Part shown: positions 54,678 through 64,000 of the stretch, piece by piece
Layout: every line of letters begins with the position of its first letter
How positions within the stretch are numbered: position 1 is the stretch's first letter
Source of the DNA: Octopus vulgaris
Lineage: Eukaryota
DNA length: 64,000 nt
Direction of reading: 5' to 3'
Assembly: GCA_951406725.2 (NCBI GenBank)
Contig: OX597816.1
Span: 139,934,001-139,998,000 of the forward strand
The notes under the pieces: generated by a model
Told to the model about the DNA's origin: nothing
Database searches by the model: none
What the model saw: the letters and a program-made list of their open reading frames with translations, nothing else
Program-made: the position numbers and the translations under genes

Positions 54678-54764
54678 TATCTATTTATCTATCTATCTAT
54701 CTATCTACCTGTCTTTCTGACTGTCTGTCTGTAAGTATGAATGTATGTATGTATGTATGTACGT

Positions 54765-54898
<134 letters not shown>

Positions 54899-55339
54899 GC
54901 GCGCGTGTATGCGCGTAGCTTAGCGGTTAGGATATTCAGATCACGGTCGTAAGGTCGATTCCTAGCGATGCGTTGAGCAAGGCATATTATTTCACATTGC
55001 TCCAGTCTATTCAGCTGAAAAAAACATGAGTTGTACCTGTATTACAAAGGGGACATCTCTGTCACATTCTGTATCCTTGAGATCTACATCAAGGGTGCGC
55101 GGGTCTGTGGAGTTCTCAGCCACTTGCACGTTAATTTAATAAGCAGGCTGTTCCGGATGATCGGATCAACTGGAACCCCGCGTCGTCGTAACCGACGGAA
55201 TGCAATTCATGCATGAGTGTGCATGAGTGTGCATGTGTGTGCATGCAAACACAAACATACACACATACACTAAGAAGATATCTGTAACTTTGCTTTATAT
55301 ATTTAGTTCATTTCCCGTTTGTAACATCGAACTAATATT

Positions 55340-55724
55340 CTCTTTTACTCTTTTACTTGTTTCAGTCATTTGACAGCAGCCATGCTGGAGCACCGCCTTT
55401 AGTCGAGCAAATCGACCCCGGAACTTATTCTTTGTAAGCCCAGTACTTATTCTATCGGTCTCTTTTGCCAAACCGCTAAGTAACGGGGACGTAAACACAT
55501 CAGCATCGGTTGTCGAGCAATGCTAGGGGGACAAACACAGACACTCAAACACACACACATACATACATATATATACATAAATACGACAGGCTTCTTTCAG
55601 TTTCCGTCTACCAAATCCACTCACAAGGCATTGGTCGGCCCGGGGCTATAGTAGAAGACACTTGCCCAAGATGCCACGCAATGGGACTGAACCCGGAACC
55701 ATGTGGTTGGTTAGCAAGCTACTT
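55340..55724 (-). mobile_element. CORE-type SINE, body and tail; its head continues at 61164-61203 beyond the Tx1 insertion
   Basis: Joining 61203-61164 to 55708-55340 reconstitutes the family sequence seen at 9270-9667. Confidence 0.92.
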
Positions 55725-55952
55725 TATTTCATATAATTTGCCATTTAGGCATTTACAAAGAGGGGACAAACAAGGACAGACAAATATAAAGGGTGAAGTA
55801 GCTTAACACAGTTACAATTTTCGAATGAAATTACGGATAAGATTATAAACAATGAATTTTACGAAGGCAATGTTTAAAAATATTAATGATCATGTCGAAG
55901 GACGGACACCCAGCCATCCGGGTAGAACCTTTACTTTCTGATCCGGTCACAC

Positions 55953-58900
55953 TTACCTGGTGCCAAACATACCCATCTTGTATGCCACAGGCTTCCATCT
56001 TTTCGCAAACATATCTCGTGACAGACACCTCTTCTCCAGCCTGATTTTGCTACTGAGGTGGTAACTAAAAAAGTTAATCAACCCCTGGCCGGAGACAAAG
56101 GTGCCTGTCACTATACCTTTCGTACGCGTCTTCCATACTGTTTCTTTCAGTATGGCTACTACACAGAAAAAACAAGCCTTTCTTTCCCTGTTAAGGAAAG
56201 GGGGCGGCACAGTCTCGATGATAGACTCAGCTGATAGCTGTACTCTTCCTATCACTGACAACAGTTGTTCAACAAAAGCTATCAGTCCCGATAACTCCGG
56301 ACACTCCACGAATGCATGCAAGACGGTCTCCCTATCCTGCTCACATCGCGGGCATGTCGGCGAGACGGCACTACCGTGCCTTGACAGCTTGTCGCGAACA
56401 GGTAAAGCCGCACGGAAACACTGCCAGGCCAGGGATTTCTGGTAATTATCCAGATACCCCGGCCCGAACGTCCTCCGGAACAGGTTGACCAACTGATTTT
56501 CATCGTAGCCCAGGGTCTCCCCCAAGGCGTCTTCGGACTTAATCTCCACTAACCCACTATAGAAATCCGTGGTGGAACTCCTGTTGCCGGCGTTGCCCAC
56601 CCGAGATAGTAGCTGGAGCGCCTGACGGCACTCCAAATGCCATTCACTCAGTTTAGGTCTCCGCTTGATCCATGCACCGATGTCCGTTAGGGATGTTAAC
56701 TGGGGAAGGTAGAACCGGACGTGCGGTGACCACACCTGCTCTCCATCCAGGTAAAGCCAGAGGTGCCTCAACCTTAACGCGAGTTTTCGCATCCTCAGCC
56801 AAGGCATCCCTAGCCCACCCTTTAGCGGTTTCTGGCAGCAGACAGAGCGCTTTACAAGTGGCTTTCCTCCTTTCCACAAAAATCGGAAAAGGATTCTCTC
56901 CAACTTGTTCAGCCACAAATCGGGGCAAGGCACCACGGTCAGACGGTAGGTGATTACTGATGCTATAAACATCTGCACCACCTCCGCCTTCCCTAGCAGG
57001 GATAACGCCCGCCCAGACCAGGTCTGGGTTAGAGCGGTCACCTTGTTGGCCACCTCACTCCAATTTTTCTCAATCTGGAGGTCTGGCCCGAACCAGACTC
57101 CGAGCAGCTTAACAGGACCTTCCGTCCAACGCCCTACGACGTTATTGGACGGCATCGGCTTGCCCCTCCAGGTGCCGAGTTGCAAACCGACCGACTTGTC
57201 CTTGTTAACCTTTGCTCCTGCCACCGCCTCGTAGCTTTTGATGGCCTCTTCCACCACTGGAAGCTGGCCTTCGTCTGCCACGATGATGGAGGTGTCATCC
57301 GCATACGCCGTAGCTCCTCTTCCACACCATAGATCATGCGGCGCGCCCCCTAGTGCCTCCAACTTCCGCAGCAAAGGCTCAAGAGCCAATACGTATAGGA
57401 GCGAGGACAGGGGACACCCTTGACGAACTGAACGCTCGATCCTGAACGGCTTCGAAAAGGAACCGTTCACTTTGACTACAGACTCGATGTCGCTATACAA
57501 AGCAGCGATCCAACCTCAAAAGGTCGGGCCTAGGCCAGCCTCTCCGAGGACCGCCGCCAGGTACCGATGGTCGACCCTATCAAATGCTTTGGACTGGTCT
57601 AAATGTACCAGTGCTCCCCCTGCGCCAGAAAGCTTCCCCACCCTCTCTAAGGAGTAGCGTATAAGGTGGAGATTGTCGTGGATCGTTCTGCCGGGGATAG
57701 CGCACGTTTGCGCTTCCCCGACAAGTTTGTCCACGACCCGCGCCAACCTTTTTGCTAGCACCTTGGCCAGAATCTTTAACTCTGTGTTTAACAGAGTTAT
57801 GGGCCTGAAGTTCCCTATCTCGTCCCCCTTGTTCGGGTCCTTCCTGATCAACGTCACCGCCCCCCGGCTCGCAGACTTGGGAATTCTCCCATTCTGCTGC
57901 CAGTTGGCGTAGACGCTAGCCAGCAGGTGCCCGAACAAGTCTGGCATACTTCTATAAAATTCATAGGGCAGACCATCGAGACCCGGCGACTTCTCCCCGG
58001 GGCACTTGCCCAACACCTCGATTACTTCCTCGGCTGTGATTGGCCCTTCACAGCACTCAGCCTCTCGTGTCGAGAGGCGCGGGCCACCAGACAGGAAGTC
58101 CCTAAGGGCCTCACCATGATCCAGCGTCCCGCACCTCCCGAACAACTCGGCGAAGTGCTTGTGAAGTGCCTCACACATCTCGTCCCGCTTCTTGATCGTG
58201 CATCCGTTTTCATCAACAAGAGACCCAATTGTGGCATCGTTTCCACGCTGTGTTTCTATCGTACGGGCCCATCCGGCAACATTAGTTCCCTCACGGCCCA
58301 ATGCTCGTACTTTAGCCCGGACTCTACATCCCTCATGTTTGGTTTTGAGGTAACGGTCTAATGCCGTTCTCGCCGCTAAAATGTGAGATGCAGAGCCCAA
58401 CCTCAACGCCTCCTCTAAGTTCTTAACTAGTTGCCCTTCTATTCTAGCCCTATCTAGTCGTAGTTGTTTACTAAATCTAATGGACTCGAATCGAATGGCT
58501 CTTTTGAGGGTGAACCACCACCGGTTATTAACCACGGCTCCGGTTAACGCCCTCTGCACTAACACCTTAATCCGGCTACGGTATGCCTCGCGTGTCAAAA
58601 TAGACTTGTTCAGCTTCCAGTAGCCGGTTCCTATCTTAAGTGTGCTATCTATGTCCAGTCTACACGTGACCATTCTATGGTCAGTATAGGGCACCTGGAC
58701 GAGCTGTGGACAACTAAAACTAGACTTATCTCTAGTTCTTATCACTATCCTGTCTAGATAAGACTTGAACCTTCCGTCGCCACTCATCCAGGTCCACTCT
58801 GGGACGTTCGGATGGTCAAGTCTGTAACGATCTGCTAGCTGAAACCGCTTAAGCAGATCCACGAGACGTGAGTTCACTTTCCTATAGATCGAGCCAACGC

Positions 58901-59354
58901 TATCGATGTGTACGTCAACGATAGCATTAAAGTCCCCTAATATCACTAAAGTCTTCGACGTCACGAGAAAGCCCTCTAGGCGCCGATAAAAATCAGTTTG
59001 GAAACCTCTAGCACAAGGTGCATAGAGTCCGATCAACCTGAAGGCCTTACTGCTGTATGTCATATCAAGGACGACCAGCCCACCTTCTGGGTCTACATAG
59101 ACTGTACTTGTCTGTAGAGCCAAGTCTTTACGGATCAGTACCACTACGCCCCCTCGCCCTCCGGTCTGGCCAGGAGACATGATTTTCTCGTAGCCATTCA
59201 GGAGAGGCGAGAAGGTTTGTAGGCTGTCCAGCTTGGTCTCTGTAGCAACCATCACATGTATATCATGTGATCTGAGGTCGTCGAGGAAACAAGCCTGCTT
59301 CCACTTCGAACTCAGACCACGCACATTTAAACAACCAAGGTTAAGCGAAGCCAT
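55953..59354 (-). pseudogene. Tx1 ORF2 (APE endonuclease, RT, C-terminal zinc finger), ~1133 codons with one in-frame TGA at 57518-57516
   Basis: LNVRGL, ETK, GDFN, YLDRI, TDH; FRPITLLN, LDQSKAFDRV, RQGCPLS, YADD; CPRC..ETVLHAFVEC. The two track ORFs are in frame, 15 nt apart. Confidence 0.95.
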
Positions 59355-59371
59355 TACAAAAAGTAAAAGTT

Positions 59372-60700
59372 CTACTTACATTTCGTTGGAGAGGTGGGGG
59401 CCGACCTCACCACACGTTTGTGGGCCCCTTCTTTCTCCTCTTTCTTCAGATAGTCCGGCAAGTTCGCGACATGCCGGATGGCGTTTGGGTGTCTGTCTTT
59501 TAATTGTTTGAACGTTGTTTCCGCAATCCACGCGTGTCTATTTCGATCTTTGTATTTGTTGTACAGTCTTGCTGACTGATGCTGAACCACAATATCGTTT
59601 ATGTATTTGTCTTGTGTGTCGAATTCAATTAATATGAGTTCATTTTCTTTTTTGTCTTCTTTTTCTGGGCCAGTTGAGCGGGATTTTTTTTTCCGTGTCT
59701 GTGGTGTGTCTTTGTTTTTATTATTTTTTGTAGGGGATGTGGACGGGGATGCTGCACGAATTCTTTTACGAACTGGTGTAAATCCCCCCTCTGATACCTC
59801 CATGGTATCGTCTGGGGTAGCAATAGTTTGTTCGGTAGGCGCCGCAGTTTTTAGGGGGGTGGGAGGTTTTAATAGTGTAGGGGTTTGTGAGTGCGAGGGC
59901 TGGGTTTTTTCTTCAGTCTGTTTTGGGGTTGGCACCGTAACAGCAGGAGTGGGATTTTTTGTTTTTGTAGGGGTAGGTGTGTTTGCAAGGGTAGGGACTT
60001 TTTTATTATCTGAGGGGCCTGGTGTCTGCGGTTTCTTTTGCTTGTCTGGACAGTCTACACGAATGTGGTCCTTTTTGCCGCAGGCGTAACAGGTGGGTTT
60101 TCGGCCTTCGACCTGTACCCTGAGGGCTACGTTCTCGCCCACGAGCACCCTCTCAGGAAGGAGCTGTAGGTCCTCCGCTGTTCCTTGAATTAATATATTA
60201 ATGTTACGCCCGAGCCAAAATCGAGGGGTAGAGCATGTTACTTCTAGTATTTTTATTTTGTCCGCCCTTTTATATAATAGGGCGGCCACTACCTCTACCG
60301 GATCTACTTCCGGCGGGGCTTCTACAATCCTGACCCGGGACGACCTGCGTCCCCTATAGCTTGGAAAAAGTACCACCTCCTTGGTTTTTAGGGGGTTTAC
60401 AGAATGCCCGCGGGCCATTTCTTCCCCCGAGAAGCGGACATTCACAGTGCCATATGCCCGTCCCCTGGCGACGTACACGATGTCCTTCCAAATCGGGGAC
60501 AGGCATTTCTCGATGGTACTTTTTTCAAAGTGTTTGAACCTTCTGCTTTGTGGACAGAAAGTTTTAAACACTACGGTCCGCTTCTCGGTCTCTACGATAC
60601 TGGCGGAGGGTGATATTTTAACATCACCACCCTCCTCTTGCATTTTTTTAAATAGCTCGACGAGCTGGTTGACATCGATGTCAATTTTCTCGGTAGCCAC
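59372..60700 (-). CDS. Tx1 ORF1 gag-like nucleic-acid-binding protein
   Basis: 442 open codons with CCHC knuckle CYACGKKDHIRVDC and Pro/Thr/Lys-rich tail; 17 nt upstream of ORF2. The start is uncertain (track start is GTG). Confidence 0.88.
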   Translation of the reverse strand: MATEKIDIDVNQLVELFKKMQEEGGDVKISPSASIVETEKRTVVFKTFCPQSRRFKHFEKSTIEKCLSPIWKDIVYVARGRAYGTVNVRFSGEEMARGHSVNPLKTKEVVLFPSYRGRRSSRVRIVEAPPEVDPVEVVAALLYKRADKIKILEVTCSTPRFWLGRNINILIQGTAEDLQLLPERVLVGENVALRVQVEGRKPTCYACGKKDHIRVDCPDKQKKPQTPGPSDNKKVPTLANTPTPTKTKNPTPAVTVPTPKQTEEKTQPSHSQTPTLLKPPTPLKTAAPTEQTIATPDDTMEVSEGGFTPVRKRIRAASPSTSPTKNNKNKDTPQTRKKKSRSTGPEKEDKKENELILIEFDTQDKYINDIVVQHQSARLYNKYKDRNRHAWIAETTFKQLKDRHPNAIRHVANLPDYLKKEEKEGAHKRVVRSAPTSPTKCK

Positions 60701-61467
60701 TGCGGCTACCTCAGAAAATTTTTAACATTGCTCTCCTCAAGAGCACTACTTTCGTGAATAATTTCAACAGACATTATTCTGTTGAAATTAGACAACACAA
60801 AAATTACGAGTATTGGTTTCCCACAAAACTGGGAAACCTATAGAAAGTTTTTCTTCCAAAGTAGTTCAAAAAAGCAGTTCAAAAATTCCAATCCCCACCC
60901 CCATTCGGGGGAGGGGCACGAAAATAGTCTGGCAGGACTATGTATAGTCACGTAAATAAAAAGCCACAGTGGCTAACACTTCAACGGTAAGAAATTATTC
61001 AATTATTTCCCGGTAAAATCGGAGAACAAGACAGTTCAGCAACGTTTAAAGGCAAATTTTCAGTAGTAGGAATTCAACAATTAACAACACAGCAAAACTC
61101 TTACCGGGAAAAAAACGCGTCCATACCGTAGTACGGTAGGCAAAGTCACTCTTCTGTCAGTGAGGTTAGCAAGCTACTTACCACACAGCCACTCCTGCGC
61201 CTAAATATGCATGCATATTTACATATAGAACTTATGTACACAGATGGGTATTGAACTCAATATATAAAGTAGGATTAAAGATGTTATCTTCTGGTCTATG
61301 AAGCTAAATAGATATTTCAAGTTTTAACAGGTTCACAACAAAAGACTTGTCAAAGTTTCTGAAGTGGTTTCAAACATTGGGTCACTTATATAGCATTACA
61401 GTTGATGTGTGTGTGTGTGTGTTTATGTATACGTATGCATGTACGTATGTATGTATATAAATATAGG

Positions 61468-61538
<71 letters not shown>

Positions 61539-61595
61539 AATTTCGATTCACTAACTGGCCGTGCGTTGTGTTCTTGAGCAAAACACTTCATTTCT

Positions 61596-62912
61596 TGGGC
61601 AGAGGTGACGAATGCCTACATCGCCTCTGTTATTATTTATTGTCTGACCGTTGTGCCTTGCCCCAGTTACTGCTTGATTAGATTGGATGGTATCCTGTTT
61701 ATTTTCCTGTTGAAGAGACTCTTTCCAATGGTCAGGTGGTCAGTCTGCTGCTAACTCCTTCTGCGTGGCGGCTTAGGCATGCAATAGTTTTTGATACGCA
61801 ACATGCACTCCGTTTGCGCCACCTGCAACAATTTCTAGAAGGTGAACGTGTACTGACTCCGTTTGTGAGACACGCCTTCCGCAGCTCGTCTCCTTGACGG
61901 AACTACAGTCTTGGATGAAGGATAGGCCGAGACTGGGCGCCTGGCACTTAGAATGTCCTCTACAAGTCGGGCAATAGGATCGGTGAATGCTCCACTTTAG
62001 CTATATATATATATACGCGGAAGTGCGACGACGTCCTAAGGGAGACCCTAGGCGTCAAGAGGAACTGACAAGTTTATTCCGGAGGACTTTCCGGTCGGGG
62101 ACTATTATGGAAAATTTCTAGATGTCTTTGGCCTGGCAGTGCTACAGGGGTGAAGGCGCTACCGGTTCAAGTTAACTCTACAGGCACGGACGTGCTGTCA
62201 GACAGGCTTGAGCGAGGTGCTCGCAGAGCGACGAAACCGTTCTACATGCACTCGTTCAGTGTTCGGGCATTGCTGACTTGTAGAATTGTGTCGAACAGCT
62301 GTGGGACGGATCCGTCAGTCAGCCGAGTCCATAATGATGATTGCCCCGCCACCCTCTTTTAGTCGGGCAGGGCAAGGCAGTTTTCCTTTGTTTGGTGGGT
62401 GTGGCGAAAGAGGTTTTCTGGTTGTCGAAGCCGAAAGGAATGACGACAGAAACACTCCTCTTTGGTAAAGCCCTCGTGGAGTTTTTCAAGTTTCACTTGA
62501 AAAGAAAATGAGGGCGGAGAGGGAGTTACTGTCCACGAGTGAATTTATGAAAAGGTGGGTGAAAATTGTGAAAAAGGCAAGAGTGGATGGTACCACTCTC
62601 AGTGTAGACCTGTGAATCGGAAAAAAGAAGTTGGAGAGGGCTCGTGTCCTTGGTATTCAGGGTGATCTTGGATGGTGGGGTTCCTCGAATATCCCCAGGA
62701 GTCCTCCTGTATCAGGAGGGGACCCATTACTATCACTTTTTCCTTCCCTCTTCTTCTAGTGTTGTTTACTAAGTATACTTCCCTTCTAATGTATACCGTG
62801 TACACTTTTTATATTTTATTTTATCATTCCATCATATGTAAACCCCTGCACATTATGTCTGTCTTTGTATTGTCCCCCCTCATCTTTTGCCCTGGTGGCA
62901 AATAAAAGAAAT
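61596..62912 (+). mobile_element. Decayed Tx1-clade LINE 3' portion (third family)
   Basis: AEVTNAYIASVII..LTVVPCP and GGLGM remnants; 3' end TTGTCCCC..GCCCTGGTGGCAAATAAAAGAAATC followed by (CAT)n/(ATT)n. Confidence 0.85.
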
Positions 62913-62941
62913 CCTCAACATCATCATCATCATCATCATCA

Positions 62942-62999
<58 letters not shown>

Positions 63000-63044
63000 T
63001 TCATTATTGTTATTGTTGTTGTTGTTGTTATTATTATTATTATT

Positions 63045-63080
<36 letters not shown>

Positions 63081-63610
63081 ATTTATCCCGCAGTCGATCC
63101 ATGCCTTGTGACTGATAATAGATCGACGTTAATTGCATTAAGCACGTCTACGTGACCAGCCTCCTTATGCACTGTGTCACGCTCATTCAGACAGAGAATA
63201 TACAATGTCAAGAGTAAGACGTAGCCGCGGAATACACAGCCACTTCTCCACTTCCATTATAATTCAATGAGTAGGCAATTTAGCTTTTCGAATAACTTTA
63301 ATCTCCGCCGCCCGGAAAGTCTTACTTTAATACAACGTGTTAGACCTAATCAAAGAGAACACGTGTGAAATGAAAGAAGATTTCTATTGCTATTCATTCT
63401 GACTTGTATAATTCAGATTTACGATATTGAAGTGTTTTCAGCTGTTTAGGTTGACACTGAGTACGAATGTGTATGTGCCTGTGCTTGTTAATATGAATAT
63501 ATATATGTGTCTGTGCTTCTTAATATGAATATGTATGTATTTATGTTTGTTAATATCTATGTATCTATTGATTTATTCGTATCTGTGTATACGTTAGTTT
63601 CTTTTTGTAT

Positions 63611-63678
<68 letters not shown>

Positions 63679-63798
63679 GTGTGTGTGTGTGCGTGTGTTA
63701 TTTTTTATTTATTTATTTATTTTTGTTTTTTGTTTCTCTATGTGTCTGTGATTTGTTGAAACAATTATAAAATATATTAGAAACAATAAACGCACACA

Positions 63799-63878
<80 letters not shown>

Positions 63879-64000
63879 TATATGTATTTGTATGTATGTG
63901 TAAAAATATGTATATATGTATATATATTTATATAGATACACACACACACACATATGTGTATATATTTATATATATACACATATACATATATTTATATATA

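Larger units (their letters stand above)
55725..61163 (-). mobile_element. Full-length Tx1-clade non-LTR retrotransposon (~5.44 kb)
   Basis: 5'UTR, ORF1, ORF2 and 3'UTR, flanked by the 16-bp TSD GGTTAGCAAGCTACTT (55709-55724, 61164-61179). Confidence 0.95.

Overview
AT-rich, microsatellite-dense animal genomic DNA, most likely from an octopus (inferred from the tRNA-derived CORE- and Meta-type SINE families and the repeat landscape). No host protein-coding gene can be named, and nearly all ORFs in the supplied track are microsatellite or antisense artefacts. The real coding remnants are transposable elements. They are a full-length Tx1-clade LINE (55725-61163, minus; 16-bp TSD; one premature stop in ORF2), three further Tx1 fragments, a SPIN/GTF2IRD2-like hAT, a deleted mariner, several R4/Dong-type RLE LINE fragments, and RTE, CR1-like and Penelope-like remnants, plus many SINEs. 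The unique DNA between repeats looks like the long 5' region of a minus-strand gene with many candidate alternative first exons (~50.8, ~45.5, ~29.3, ~21.8, ~15.4, ~2.6-3.2 kb) and an internal exon at 773-872. Three of these first exons belong to a triplicated two-module non-coding cassette. The strongest observations are: (1) that triplicated promoter/46-nt-exon cassette, with an extra inverted copy; (2) several minimal type I hammerhead ribozyme motifs in short Penelope-type elements; (3) a SINE whose 3' tail is identical over 26 nt to the 3' end of the Tx1 LINE; (4) a Tx1 family that appears to target (GATA)n; (5) a hairpin-packed Tx1 5'UTR. All calls were made by eye; TE boundaries without a TSD or TIR are approximate.
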